A stretch of DNA of 64,000 bases from the human T2T-CHM13v2.0 reference genome, Homo sapiens: assembly GCF_009914755.1 (NCBI RefSeq), contig NC_060934.1. One strand, 5' to 3'. The position numbers were made by a program, and so were the translations under genes. Shown one piece after another: positions 1 to 13,737 of the stretch. The notes under the pieces were generated by a model. It searched no databases. It was not told the origin of the DNA and was given only the letters and a program-made list of their open reading frames with translations. The first letter of the stretch is position 1. Every line of letters begins with the position of its first letter.

Positions 1-280
1 TGCGAGGTAAGGTTGAATGAGGTCACAAATGTGGAGTCCCAATCCCATTAGACTGGTGACCTCATAAGAAGACGAGAGATCTCTCTCCATGTGTGTCCAC
101 CAAGGAAAGATCACGTAAACATGCAGCGAGAAGGCAGTGGTCTGAGAGCCAGGAGACTGGCCTCCCCAGAACGCCTCCTGCTGGCACCCTGACCTAGGAA
201 TACCAGCTTCTAGAACTCTGAGAAAACAAACATTTGTTGTTGAAGCCACCCAGCGCCTGGCATTTTTTGTGGTAGCTGGA
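1..280 (+). mobile_element. MLT1A-like MaLR LTR, 3' portion (cut by window start)
   Basis: Matches recalled MLT1 motifs: ctcataagaaga...gagaaggcag...ctggcaccctgacct...cttctagaactctgagaaa...tgttgttgaagccaccca. Confidence 0.75.
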
Positions 281-779
281 ACTGGGTGTCTATTCCCAGG
301 ACAGCAAGGATGAGGTAAAAGTGAAGAAATGCAAACAAAAGATGGTTCATTACCAAGCAGGCCTTAGCTAGACTGGAAACACAGCTGGCCTCTGTCTCTC
401 TGCTTCTTCCTCATTGTCCAGTTTCCCCACTGGTCAGAGTTCTCCCCATAGGCTGCTGATGTCCCTGAACTTCTGCGGGAAGCACTGGCTGGCTTCAACA
501 ACGAATGTTTATTTTCTCAGAGTGCTAGAAGCTGGTAGTCCCAGTTCAGGGTGCCAGTGGGATACCCTCAGGTAAGGCCAGTCTTCTGCCCAACCCCCTT
601 CGTACAAGGCACCTACTAGGAAAGCCAGAGCCTCATGCCCTGGGCACAGCACTTCATCTGCGTCTGGATGTAGAGGGGACAGCTGGATTCTGGGCGACTC
701 CCACCACAGCAGAGGCTGCCTGGAGCTGCAGAGGTGCATCTGTGGTTGAATGAAGGTATAGAGAGATTCCTTAGCATCC

Positions 780-865
780 CTTATGTCATGCAGCTAGTAT
801 GTGACGGAGCTGGGATTTGAACCCAGCAGACTGGCTCAAGAATCTGTGACCCTAACCACTATCCT
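780..865 (+). mobile_element. MIR SINE fragment
   Basis: cagctagtatgtgacggagctgggatttgaacccagcagactggctc is the typical MIR core/3' segment. Confidence 0.7.
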
Positions 866-1389
866 ACTTTGCCCTTGAGTTGAAAATTAGAGGGTCACTC
901 TCTTGGGAAAGCTGAGAGTGTAGCCAGTGAGGTGTGAGGGCCTCGCCTAGGAAGACCGACGGTCCTTTCCCTGCTTCCTGGGCATAAAGACGGAACACAG
1001 GGGTTTTGTTTGTCAGTGTAATGCTTTTATTTGGTTTGGCCTCTTTGTTTTGATTCCCTAACGCTGGACATATATACTTTCTTAGCAATCACAAAAATGC
1101 ACCACAATGATAGTTTTGTCTGTTTTCCCCGAACACTGTGCTCTGTGGATCCATTTTATGTGCACAGTGGTGAGCACACTTGTGAATAAGAAATAGAGAA
1201 ACAAGTTTGTGGGTGAGATCTGGGATGCCTTCTGGAGCCTCAGGGAGCAAATGGCCGTGACAGTTTCAGTGCGTGGATGACAGCGTGGGAAGGTCACCTG
1301 CAGCTGCGTGAGATGAGACTCAGCGCTGTGACATTCAGGGGAACAGGGAGAGCCACAGGCTGGTGCTTTCATTTCTATAATATTGCAGA

Positions 1390-2200
1390 CTAGAGGTTCC
1401 AGACAATCCTCCCGCTTCAATGTGACTAAACGTGTTGGACACAATATAAATAAAAAAATCTTCTTATACATGGCATCAAATTGGCAAGAAGTAGATAAAA
1501 TCCTCAGGCAAATACCAAGGGAAAGAGCAAACTAGAGAATCACCCGGCTCTGAAACCACAGCTGTGCTGATGGCCCCTGCCAGCACTGGTGACCTTGAGC
1601 CTGGAGAACAGCAGACAAAACCCAGGCCCAACCTGGAGGGGGCATTGGACAGGAGCCTCTTCCATGAAGCCAGAGACTGAAAGGACTATCCTCTCAGTAA
1701 AATAACTAGAAAAAGCAATCCACCCTTACAGGAAGGAGGACAAGAAACCCCATCCTGGGTGGGAGTATGTGGGGAATCTCCTCTGAGATTCTGTAACCAC
1801 CTTGGTAGCTACACACAAGTTATTGACCTGAATTTGCACAACATAGATGGTCCAAAAAACCTCAAGTTAGTATTGAAAGGTAGTCATAGGGTGTGGGGTC
1901 CCCAGGTGCTTGTCAAAATCTAAAGTGAGTGGTCTGGAAGAAAGCCCCTTCAGTGCAGTCCCCTGTGTCCTCACAGATAGGGCTCCATCAGACATGGGCC
2001 TGTGATGCAAAAATTAAGCTAAATAAATCAAAAGTACAGCCTGCAGGAGGAAACAAGATACATCACAAATATAAAAAACTAGAGAATTGGATTTGCAAAG
2101 CTTGCATATACTGGAATTATCAAGAACAGAACGTAAAACTTAATGTTTTCTATGTTTACAGTGTAAAAAAGGGAGGGAAGTATTGACTATCTGAGTAAGA
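1390..2200 (+). mobile_element. Possible ancient L1M 5'UTR/ORF1 remnant
   Basis: A-rich plus strand with general resemblance to old L1M 5' ends; no diagnostic motif. Confidence 0.3.
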
Positions 2201-2229
2201 AATTATTAACATGTCAAAATGACTAGGCA

Positions 2230-3583
2230 CATCCTCACCAACACTTGCCACATTCTGTTCTGTCATAATCGTCCTCTGACAGATGTGAGGTGGTGTATTA
2301 GGGTTGTCTGGGGGAAAGGTCTAATAGGACAGATGTATATGTGAAGGGGAGTCTGTTAAGGAATATTGGCTCACACAATCACAAGGTGAAGATAGGCTGT
2401 CTGCAAGCTGAGGAGCAAAGAAGCCAATCAGAGTCCCAAAACCTCAAAATTAGGGAAGCCTTTAGTCTGTGGACAAAGGCTCAAGAGCCCCTGGCGGATC
2501 ACTGGAGTGAATCCAAGGGTCCAACAGCTGAAGAACGTGGAGTCTGATGTTTGAGGGCAGGAAGCATCCAGCATGGGAGAAAGACGAAGCAAGTCTGGCC
2601 TTCCATCTTCTTCTGCCTGCTTTATTCTAGCCTCGCTGGCAGCTGATTAGATGGTGCCCACCCAGATTGAGGGTGAGTCTGCCTCTCCCAGTCCACTGAC
2701 TCAAATGTTCATCTCCTCTGGCAACACGCTCACAGACACACCCAGGAACAATACTTTGCATCCTTCAATCCAATCAAGTTGACTCTCAACACTAACCATC
2801 ACAGGTGGTGTCCCACTGTGGTTTTGATTTGCATTTCTCCAATGACTCCTGACATTAAGTACCTTTTCCTGCACCTGTTGGCCACTGCTGTGTCCTCACT
2901 GCAGAAATATCTATTTAGGTCTTGTGACCATTTATTAATTGAGTTACTTTTGTTGGTTTGTTTGCTATTCAGTTGTATGAGTTCCTTGTATATTTTGAAG
3001 ACTCATCTCATTAGATAGATAGTTTACAAATATTTTCTCCCATCACATAGGTTGCCTTTTCATTTCATTGATTGTTTCTTTTGCTGTGTAAAAGCTTTCA
3101 GTTTGATGCAGTCTGACTTGTTTATTTTTGCTTTTGGGGTTGATCTGTGCTTTTGGGGTCATATCCAAAAAATCATTGCCAAGACCAATGTCAAGAAGCT
3201 TTTTTCCTGTTTTCTTCTAGGAGTTTTATGGTTTAAGTCTCACATTTAAGTCTTTAATCCTCTGAGTTGATCTTTGTGTGCTGTATAAGATCTGGGTCAG
3301 TTTTATTCTAATGCATATGGATATCCACTTTTCCCAAAACTGTTTATTGAAGAGACCATCCTTTTCCCATTTTGATTTTTTGGTGCCTTTATTGAAAATT
3401 AGTTGACCATGTGTCCACGTGTTTATTTCTGGGTAGCTATTCTGTTCCATTGATCTATGTGTATGTCTGTTTTTATGCCAGTACCACACTGCATCACTGC
3501 AGCTTTGTCATACATTTAGAAATCAGGAAACAGGATGCCTCCCACTCTGTTGCTCTTGCTCAAGATTGCTTTGGCTATCTGGG
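2230..3583 (-). mobile_element. L1 (L1MA/L1MB-type) ORF2 3' fragment, interrupted by MLT2 LTR
   Basis: Minus ORF 3226-3489 (WYWHKNRH...QLIFNKGTKKSKWEKDGLFNK) resembles the L1 ORF2 C-terminal region; L1 antisense text (gttttgatttgcatttctc) resumes after the LTR. Confidence 0.9.
2294..2803 (-). mobile_element. MLT2A (HERV-L) solo LTR
   Basis: TG...CA termini; reverse complement begins tgtgatggttagtgttgagagtcaacttgattggattgaaggatgcaaagtattg; 5-bp TSD GGTGG at 2289-2293 and 2804-2808. Confidence 0.9.
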
Positions 3584-5254
3584 GAGCTGCAGAGGGTGCA
3601 CCAGAGGGAGCCCACGCCTGCAGGCACCCGAGCTCCCAGCACAGGAAGCACGCTCTGTCCAAGGCACCTCGCTGTGTTGACTTACCCACCTTGAGAATGT
3701 AGCTGGATTATCTTCTCTAATAAAACAGGAATGGTTACAAGGTATCCTGAAGCATGACATGAGTCCCTGTGCCCCTCCATTAGACAAAAATGTTCTGAAC
3801 TCAGACTCTTCTGTTTTGCTTCTGCATCAGTTATTAATGTTATGGAGAATGAAGTAGGCTTGATATTCTAAGAGTTAGTCAACTTCAAGGACAGTCTTTC
3901 TTTTCTTCCTTTTAAGAGAATTGTCAGTGGTAAGTAAGAAAATTTGATATCATAATAATCTCTCCCAGACCATAAATAGCAACTCAGAAAGGATTTTTTT
4001 TTTAATTCACGTGATTAGAATTAGTCTTCTTCAGTTTTCTGGCCCCTGAAGTGGTGTGTCCAACCCTCAGGATTACCTGTTGCAGAAACGAAACTGCTTT
4101 TGTATTCAACCAGGAGGAGCTAATCATCTTTAATTATTTTCAAAATTAATTTTCTCCCTAGAAATATTATTTATTTCTTCATACATCAAGCTGTCAATAC
4201 AAGTGATTTGGAAACTGGAGGATTCAGTGAGTCTTAGCTTGGGGGAAATGAGAAATGGAATTATGTGAATATAGAATCTGCGTTTGAGTCAGAACGCCAT
4301 ATTGGTATTTCAAATCAAAGGTGGATGAATTTCTGGGAAATCTTTCTCTAGTCAGAAGTGATGTTTTTCTCTTTAACCAGTAAGATACTATCCATAGGGG
4401 CTTTATATATTTGAGGATACACTTTTTCATAACATAGGGATAACACTAGGTCATATTTTATAGGGTGGCTATTGAGATTAAATAAGCTAATGTCAATGTG
4501 CAAATTTTAATTCTAAGTATCTGGTGATATTTATAAACCTATTTATTCTGACATTTTTCAACTTGATTGTTTTAATATCCAAAACTTGAGCTAATGAAGT
4601 CCTTTATTTGAATCACACCTGCCTTCAAATTGCCATTGGTTCTGGCTTGCTTGCCATGTGAGGACACCTGCCGGGAGGCCTCCTGGGAGGCAGGCAGGAA
4701 GACTTCGCCTCTTGAGGCTGCGGATGGCCCTCTGAGGGAGGAGCCGCCTTCCCACACAGTGGGTCTTGGCCACCTGAGCAGCCTGAGGAAAGTGACGTGG
4801 CAGAACCAGACACCCAGAACCACATACCCCGAACCACACACCCGGTCAATACAAGTGAGGGGTATCTGGGGAGTTGGGGGTATCTGGAAGGTAACCAGGA
4901 CCAGAGACCTGGGGTCCATGCTCCCAGGACCCAGGGCCAGCAGGATGCAGAGAGCTAGCTCACCACGGAGGTAAGGGGTAGCGTAGAAAACCAGGTAGTT
5001 ACCCCACGGAGCCACGCCCAACTGAGGACCTGCACTGAGGGTTCTACAGGCCCAGCAGCCCCCAGCACCAAGCTTCTACTGGCCAGAAGACTGAGGGAAG
5101 AGGCCTGATGCTCTCCAGCAAGTTGGCCAACCAGACAGGACTTGGAAGGGAATCAGGACGAGGAGCACCCCAGAGCCCTCGGGGTGAGGACAGCCTGCCG
5201 TGGCTTACCTCTGCCATTGGTGGGTCAGAAGGTGGGGGGCTCTGAACACCTATG

Positions 5255-5340
5255 TGTTTGTATTTGCAATCTTTTGTCTACCACTTTGCAAGGGCTTGTT
5301 TGTATTTGCAGTCTTTTGTCTACCACTTTGCAAGGGCTTG
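5255..5340. repeat. 42-bp tandem duplication (2 copies, 1 mismatch)
   Basis: tgtttgtatttgcaRtcttttgtctaccactttgcaagggct starts at 5255 and 5297. Confidence 0.95.
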
Positions 5341-8300
5341 AGAATGGCCCAAACTCACCATGACTGGATGAGTGGAAACAGCCCAGTGTCCGGGGAGGCT
5401 GGGCTGGCTGTAGGGCTTTGGTGGGAGGAGTCAAGGATGGATGAATGGCATGAGTCTGTAAGTCAGGTGCTGAAGACCCCGATCCCCCACCTGAGGGCCA
5501 CATACAGAGCAGCTCATCCCAAGGCTGGAGGGCCCAGACTTCCTCCTTGGAGCTCCTGCTCTGTGTTCCTGAGATCCTGAGTCTGGGGCTGACCTTGAGC
5601 TGGGGCCACTCAGAGATTCCTGGGCCTGCACCCTTTTCCCCAGACTCACCGCCCAGCTCCCCAGTTCCCTGCATCATCCTCATATCACAGGTTACCTGGT
5701 CCTTCTCAAGTGTTGCTCCATAAAGTGGCACAGAGAACCCCTGTGGTGCCTCTGCATGGACCTGCCTGGGTTGAGGACAGCAGGACAGCAGCCTGCTAGG
5801 TCTCCAGTCTGTGGAAGCCGCGTGTGGGGGGCCCTGCAGCAGCCAGAGGGTGGTCCAACTGGAGAACAGAATCCAGAAACTTGTTCATGAGGAGTGAGGT
5901 TTAGGAGCAGAATTCTTTACCCTGGGCAGGGCAGGGGCCACTGCTATGAGTAGGAATGGGAGAAGCTGGGAGCTGACCCAGGAGCCAGCCAGGCCCTGGA
6001 AGCAGGTGCAAGGCGGGGGTGGCCACCAACCCAGAGCCCAAGAGCCCTGAAACTAGAGGTGAGGTCGGATGTCAGACGTCAGAGCAGGGTGACGATGCTG
6101 GCCCTGTGAGGCTGCCCGGCCTCTGCTTCCACCTCTCCACACAGCAAAGACCCCACTCGATGCCCCTGTGAGACCCCAAATTCAGGTTCAGTGTGATGTG
6201 CTTCCTTGACAGTAGAAACAAGCCTGACTGCAAGTTCCTTCTAGATGCTGCCCCCACAGAAGGGCCCCCTTGCCAAACAACCCCCTTTATCAGACAGCTA
6301 AGGCAGCTACTACTGATTCCTGAGCAGGGGGTTTCAGGTCCCTGCCAGCCCGTGGAGTCATTCAGACAAACCAGTCACACCTTCCCGCAGGAAGCAGGGG
6401 CACCTTGCCCTCTTGGGACCACCCAGACTGCCCCACAACTCTGCGGGCTCACTGCTCTAAACGCATCCCCCTGTGACCCCATGTGGCCTGGTGTCCTCCT
6501 CCCCAGGTGTGGGTGTGTTTGGCTGATTAACCCCCATCATCTCATTGATCCTAGGTCAGGTACTGCACGATCCTCCATAACCCTGGGGCAGACGTTTCTT
6601 CCTCACCAAAGGGGTGAAGGGGGCATTCAAGGCCTCCCTGCTGGGCTCCTCAGCCCTCTCCGTGGCAAGGCTGCCCCAAGACAGGAGGAAAAGAAGCAGC
6701 TTACGCCCAGCACATTGGAAAGTGGCCATCATTCTTTCCCTGCCTCGCTGTCTAGTTGGATAAATGGGCTCTTGTCACATTCCCCAGCCCTGCACACATT
6801 TTTCACTCTCATTCTGGGGACTGGGCCTCATTTATTTCCCAGGCTGGGTTCTCTGCCTGGACAAATGGGCCCAGAGCTGAAGTGCCTCCACCATCAGCTT
6901 CCGTCTATACCTGCCCCCGGTGCCTGGGGCTTGTGCCTTGAGTCCCAGCCTGAGGCTGAGGCAGGCTGCTTGCCCACATGCCTGCCAGGTGGCCTGCCTG
7001 CTTGGCCCTCTGCCTGGGTGACACCTGCCCCTGGAATCCCAGATGTCAGACTCTACCCACGTCGAGGTTTCTTGCGGCTGGTTGGTGTATGGGGCTGGCT
7101 CTAACCGGCCATCTTCCATGTTGACCTCTGGAATCCATGCTTCCTCCACCAGGATGCCATTCATCTAGGGTGCCAGCATCTTCTCAGGTCCAAGATCCGG
7201 ACAGCGCAGTCCGCCCACACGGACGTCATTCCCAGCTCTGCCTGCATTTCAGGGTGCTGCTCCCCAGCCACCCGTCTCCTGTGACTTGCGTTCCCTGTGA
7301 TTGCTGCAAGGTGGATCTGGAGTCTGGGAGCCCACGCAGAGCCTCACAGTTCTCAGCAGCTCTTAGAGTCACTGTCCACAGAGTGGCCATTGTGGAGTGG
7401 CGATGAGTGGGACGTCAGTGACCTCCCTCAGCGGAAGGGGATATTTTAATCCACTTTATTCCAAAAGCAAATGATGTAACTCAGAGTTTTCTTTCTTCAG
7501 TTTTGCATACAAAAATATATAAAATATAATGTTTATATTTCCGATTATATAATCAGTTAAATTATATTAATTGATCCTGCAAGTAATGTTATGAATGTAG
7601 CAATTACTTTATGCAAAACTGTCAGGAAATGTTCTAAGATGATGTTAATTTTAAAATATTTATAAATAGTACAAATGAGCAAATGAGGCTTTTTGGAGTT
7701 CGTAATTTGCAAATGACGAGGGATATGGCCACAAATATGTGTTTCTTATTTTATTCTAAGGCTTTCACAGTCCAGTCTCTAACAAAAGAACATTTGAACA
7801 GGGACTCACTTACCCTTATGTCCAGATAGCACAGTATTGAAGAATGCCCGGTAGCAGGGTGCGGTTTCTTGGATGGAAAGTCATGGAAAGTTTCTTTGTA
7901 TCATTTAAGGAAAATGGAAATTCATAGAAGAGATTCTGGCACCCACTGCACGGGAGACACACTGGCCCACCTGCCCCACATAGGGTAGGAGCAAGAAGGA
8001 GGCTGGAATCCAGGGCAGGCCCTGGGCAGGCCACATCCTTTCCAGGAGAGGGAGCCTGGCTGGTATGACTGTCCTAGCCTGGGTCACCCCTGCCTCCAGG
8101 GTGCATGGCACCAGGACAAGAGTCTCTCCAAGACCTCAGAGAATGAGGATGACAGTTCTCCAGGGGAAAGGAGACACCACGCCCAGAAGACAACAGGCAG
8201 GTCCACAGGCAGGAAAAGACAGTGAACCTCCACCATGGGCAGGTGTGTTGGCAATGAGGGAAAGGGGGGTTCCTTCCAAGCATTCAGGCACACTGTCAAC

Positions 8301-10318
8301 TTCAGACAGACCATCAGTAACAGATTAAGATACAGCAGATGAATCATCCCTTCACGCGCTTAGAATTTAAATATAAGATACTATTTTTAAAATATTGGGA
8401 TTATAAAACATATGTTTGGCATAATTATAAAAATTACTTGGGGTGGTATATTTTTCTTAGTTGTTTGAAAATTTTCTAGGTTTTGGTCCTCATATCTATC
8501 CCTAAATTGTCACCTGGGTAATCTGGCATTTTGTGGGATTAGAAAAGAAATCATGAAAAATTCAATGCAATGTTTAGAAGTTGGGAGAGCAATTTTGTGA
8601 AAATGCACTGAAAAAGATTCTCTGAGCATAAGTTCTTGGTCCCTGAGATACTCCACTCGTTGAGCTAATAGGCTTTTTCTTTGTCCCCCCCCAACCCACC
8701 CCTATGCACAGGGTCAAGGGGAATTTTTTATATACCCGAATTTACCTGCAAGTCTCTCTCCCTCTCTGTCTTTCTCTCTACCTACCTACTTACCTATCAA
8801 CTCTCTATCACCATTTGACTTCTGGATTGACTGCTTCTTGCACTGGAAGACATACCTTCCAGTTATTGAGTCAATCCCAATCCACATTGTCTATGCAAGT
8901 GTCCTAAAGGCAGAGACAAATGGCAAGCCCTGCGGAAGCTGGCAGTTGGATTGGATGTTGAGAGTACCTGTGACTTGAAGGACGAATAGGATTTGGCCAC
9001 AGCGAAGGGAAAAGAGAAATGGCAGTGTAGGCATGGCACAAACCGAGGCTTCCGGTGTAAGTAGGGAACAGCTAGGTCCTGCCCGGCTGCAATTCCAGTG
9101 GTGGTTTAAAATCCCATGGAGGATAAGACAGCTGGAAAAGATGAGATTCCATCGTTTGTCTGAAAATGATCCACGGTTCTGGTGAACTGGTAGGTCCTAA
9201 AGAACGTGGAAATTTGCCCAGCTGAAGAGTGACTGGAAAAAAACTGTAGTTTCAGGATTCAGGACCTGGAAACTCACAAAGGGGAAGCTGGAGGGGCAGC
9301 TGAGGCACTGGCTGCCATGTCTTGTCTACTTAGGTGCAGAGGCCCAGAAATCCAGATCCACGGTGGATGAAAGAGGTCACCGGGTACAACTGCTTCCCTG
9401 CAGGCAGGAGGGCTGGGCTCTGTCCTGGCCCCCGGCCTGTACATTGTCCCCAGGACTCTAGAAAGGAGTATAAAAGAGCAACATGGTAAAACATATTGGT
9501 TTGGGGTAAGTGCCAACGATCAGAGCGTACGCCTCACTTCCCTTACATAGGAATTTAGCAGAAACCTACACTCCCGCATTTGATAATTTACTGCAATTTT
9601 TTGCATGTATGCAATTGTAGCTATGTTTTATTTTTCTGGTTAAAAAATCAGTTTTTACTTCATATTTTTATCCTCAAAAGTGTTTTGTTGTTGTTGTTGT
9701 TTTTGTTTTACATGAATAACTGCTTACCCTAACAAAATATCATGAGCATCTTAGCTTTTCACTTGTTTTATTCAGAAAAGTGTCACCCATTATCCCACTA
9801 CCCAAGGACCGGCCTAATCACATTTTTTCAAGAACAGCAAAAACACAATGAACTTTTGTGCAATATTATTTTTATAACATTATTTTTGAGAAGTTTTCTA
9901 GAGTGGTCTGGTTTTAAACGAGAGTGAACTTAAACTTTTGGTGATGGCACGAATAGTGGCCATTGCTTTGGGATTTGCAGGCTGAGGAGATGGGCAACAA
10001 CAGAAAAGAAGGCCAACTAAAATCAATGTCTAAAACGCTCTGCACCAGGAATCCCATAAGGAAAAAACGCAAGGCACCGAGAACTGGAATACATTCACTT
10101 TATTAAGTCTGCCACAGACATCACATACGGCTTCACCCTCTGTCTTAAAAAATAGTGGCCACCAAGCAGCTCTACACATAAAATGATGCCCAGAAACTAC
10201 TGACTCAGTAATCCTGCATATGTGTAAGCCATGCTTGTCTTCATATACATGTCTATGTATGCAGACGCATATCTTCAGCAAGAAGGCAAAGAACGGACCC
10301 CTTAAGAAATCAGAGCCA

Positions 10319-10633
10319 GGCCGGGTGCGGGGACTCATGCCTGTAACTCCAGCACCTTGGGAGCCCAAAGGGGCAGATCATCTGAGATCAGGTGTTTGAG
10401 ACCAGCCTGGCCAACATGGCAAAAACCCGACTCTACAAAAATACAAAAAAATTAGCCAGGCATGGTGGTGCATGGCTGTAGTCCCAGCTACACGAGAGAC
10501 TAAGGCAGAAGAATCACTTGGACTTGGAGGCGGAGGTTGCAATGAGCTGAGATTGTGCCACTGCACTCCAGCCTGGGCAATAGAGCAAGACTCCATCTCA
10601 AAAGCAAACAAACAAAAAACAAACAAACAAAAA
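10319..10633 (+). mobile_element. AluS element
   Basis: Full dimeric Alu with (CAAA)n tail; degenerate TSD aagaaatcagagcc / aagaagtaagagcc. Confidence 0.95.
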
Positions 10634-11556
10634 AAGAAGTAAGAGCCTCTCTCTAAGTTCAGCCAGAGGTTGAACCTTTGAGGCTCTGGATATTCATAAA
10701 GTGAATCCCTCCAGTTGACATCCTTTCTCAGCCTAAGAGTGGACCTAGCTTTCATTGCTAATGCGTAAGTAAACAAGCTTTATTCATCTTAAACCTGCTA
10801 TTTCTGATCATGAAGCCAATAATTTTGCTTCCTATGATTCTGAATCACTCATCTCATAGTGCCTAGAAGTGTCCATAACTCAGAGGGTCAGCAGCATCCA
10901 CTCATCATGCCCTGGTGCTCTCAGTGAGGAATTTTATTTTTAGTAGAGCTGAGCTCTGGCTACCTTGAGCAAAAGGGAATTTGTGAGTAGGAAATGAGGG
11001 AGCCCAGTGCATCTACCACAGACTGGGGAGGCAGACTTAGGGCCATGGGGAGCCTGAAGGCATTTTGCAAGTTGGCATAGGACACAGCGATGTTCTCCTG
11101 GCAGGAAGGGTGGACAAGCACCCTCCACCTAATGACTGACACTCACCCTTTTGTCATCTCCTCACATCCATAGCCTAGGTCCATGCCTCAGGTATGCAAT
11201 GTCCAACAGGCCAAGGTAAGTTTTCTTGAGGCAGGGAGCCAACACGATGACCACTATCATTGTGTTGATAGCTATCAACAGTGACACCAAGCAGAAAAAC
11301 CACCTTTCCAAAAGAATGCTCACCCTGGAGGGCTCCAGCAGACTGACAGGGCACTGCAAAGAGGGACAACCATTTTGGCAAAGGAAAGGGATGGATGCCC
11401 ACAGCTCCTGTCGTGCAGCTGGAGCCTTGCAAAGCAACTTCATAAAGCCTGTGGACTGTTAACCTGCTGACTTCAACTGAAAACTCTTCAGATGTTAAAA
11501 ACAAACCTGTTTTGGGCTTAATGTCCAGCAAATGTCATGTTTTGCTAAAAGACAGC

Positions 11557-12080
11557 ATGGCAGGCAGACCCCGGGGTGACCCACAGCCCCCTGCCTGGGG
11601 TTCACCCCTGCGCGCTTTCTCCCCTGAGGTGAGGACTGGTGACTGGCTCCTAACCAATGGAATGCAGCAAGACGGTGGCGTGTGCATGCTCACATAATGG
11701 CGATATCCATCTCACTCACAGGCTGTCCCCTAGCAGGCTTTGGAGAAACAAGCCTGCATGTTGTGGGCTTCCCTAGGGGAGGGCCACAGGGCAAGGAGCT
11801 GAGGGTGACCTCCAACCACCAGTCAATAAAAAACTGAAGCTCTCAGCCCATTGGCCCCAAGGAACTGAATACTGCTGACAAATACACGAGCTCCGTGTCA
11901 GATCCTTCCCAAGATGAGCCTCAGATGAGACCCCAGTCCCTGCAGAAACCTGGATTGCAGACATGCAGTTGCCACACTCAAGCTGTGCTTGGATTCCTGG
12001 TCCACAGAAACTGAGATCACAATATGAGTTGTTTAAAGCACTGAGTGTGTGGAAATATTGTCACATAGCACTAACTTACA
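11557..12080 (+). mobile_element. MLT1F-like MaLR LTR
   Basis: tggcaggcag...ctcctaaccaatggaat...aaggaactgaat...cagatgagacccca...cagaaactgag...gttgtttaaagcactgag resembles the MLT1E/F/G group. Confidence 0.7.
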
Positions 12081-13737
12081 TGTAGCTGGTTGGTCATAAC
12101 TCTCTGTATTGCACATGGACAGTATCCCTGTACAGCAGCCTCCAATGCTCCAGGCTCTCTTTACCAGGAGGAAGTGAATTTCAGATGAAATCGCCCAAAA
12201 GGGCAACACCAAACCCTGCACATCCCACTTGGTGAATGTCTAAATCTTCAGGAGTAGCTGGAAATCAAGTGCTTGTGGTCCTACTAAGCACATTTGACAT
12301 TTACCAAATGAGGACAGCCTGGTTGCCCAAGCACCATCCATAGCCTCAGTCTCAGAGCTGCAAGCCCAGCTCCTCTTCATCAGCCCCAGGTCAAGATCAA
12401 ATCTAAGCAACTAAAGACATAATGGGAGCAAAAATACCCTCCAAAGTAAATATTTATCCCAGCATCACAGGCTGCAAAGTCACTTACATTTCCAAGTTCT
12501 GCAGCCCATTCACAGTTGATAAACTGATCATTTTCTCCAATGAGATAAAGAATGTGAAAGGGCTTTGAAAATGAGGTCACCGAGCAAGTGGGCTATTGTC
12601 AGTAGACCTTGGTCTGCATTTTCTCTGCATTTCATCACTTCCGTGGTAAAAGCCCTTTGGCCCCAGCTGAGGAAGAATCTGCCAATAGGCAGAGGAGCCT
12701 GTGAGTCCCATGCCTGTCCCAGGGACACAGCTTCAGGCCCCCAGAAGACCTCGGTTCAAACTCCACCTCCGGGTTTAGGGTTGGTTCTTCCTTCACTTTT
12801 ATTTTCCCCATCTTTAACTGCAATTACATCTGACCATGTTGCTGCCTTCAGTGCACGCCCTGGCCTGGCCTTGGTCATTGCTGACGGCTGTGGTCCAGGT
12901 GCGTTCACAATTCTGAGAAGGAGATCAGCATGACAAGAACATTTGTCTGGGGCAGAGCCGTCCCTCTCCTCGCTCTGACACGTGAGCTGAACGCCAATGC
13001 CGGCCAGAGGCAGAAGGTTCTGCACTCCATTATTTCTCATGATTGTTTCACCCCGTGCCTGCTGCACTCAGTAAATGGGCCCAAATTGTTGCTTTGTCAT
13101 TTTTCAAACAGGAGCAGCTTCATATTTATCACATAAGAGATAATACGTTCTCACCGTTATCTTCATGGAGAGACTGGGAATCAGGGCCCAGGAGGGAGGC
13201 TGGGTTTTCATTTAAAGTGACACTTAGAAAGTGAGTTCTCCTGGGTGAGGACAGAGAGCACTGGCCCAGGAGGCACGTACTGGAGGTGATGGTGGCCCAG
13301 AGGTGGGCAGGCCTAACACACGTTCCTCGGATGTCCTCCCTGGAAGTGCACCTCTGTGTTTAACCAGCCCTGAAAGTGTTCTCCCCCCAGCCATGCCCTG
13401 TGCCCCCCGGGCCCTGACATGTGCACCTGCCCCGAGAACGGTGGGAGCCCAGCACTGCCTGAGCCACCGGCAGGGACATCTGAGTTAGATGACTTGCAGC
13501 TGGCTGGCTTTCAGCAGGAGAAGGCAGCAAATCTTAGAGTGGTGGCGTGAGGTCAGGAACCCAGGACAGATGGGAAGAGGGCAAGCAGCATGTCTGTGCC
13601 CCGTTCCACCTTCTTCCGAGTGGGGAGCCCAGAGTGAGGGCAAGGAGACCTATTGAGAAACTGGGCAGATTGCCCTGAGGGAGGTCCTGTGATGGCATGA
13701 GGTCTCCTGGTCTGTTGGCTGCCTCTGTTTGTATTCC

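Noticed and set aside
3597-3613. CTCF-like motif tgcaccagagggagccc
   Set aside because: Imperfect single match; cannot be supported without ChIP data.
6193-7104. 303-aa ORF
   Set aside because: GTG start, Pro/Leu/Gly-rich composition typical of GC-rich non-coding DNA, and no recognisable domain.
7808-7893. Minus-strand exon ending at a strong donor AGG|gtaagt
   Set aside because: The donor is good, but the acceptor is weak and the peptide is unrecognised.
10378-10776. Alu-derived ORFs (also 19599-20222, 23666-24094, 25313-25625, 59106-59507)
   Set aside because: Standard Alu translation artefacts (e.g. [21 protein letters not shown]).
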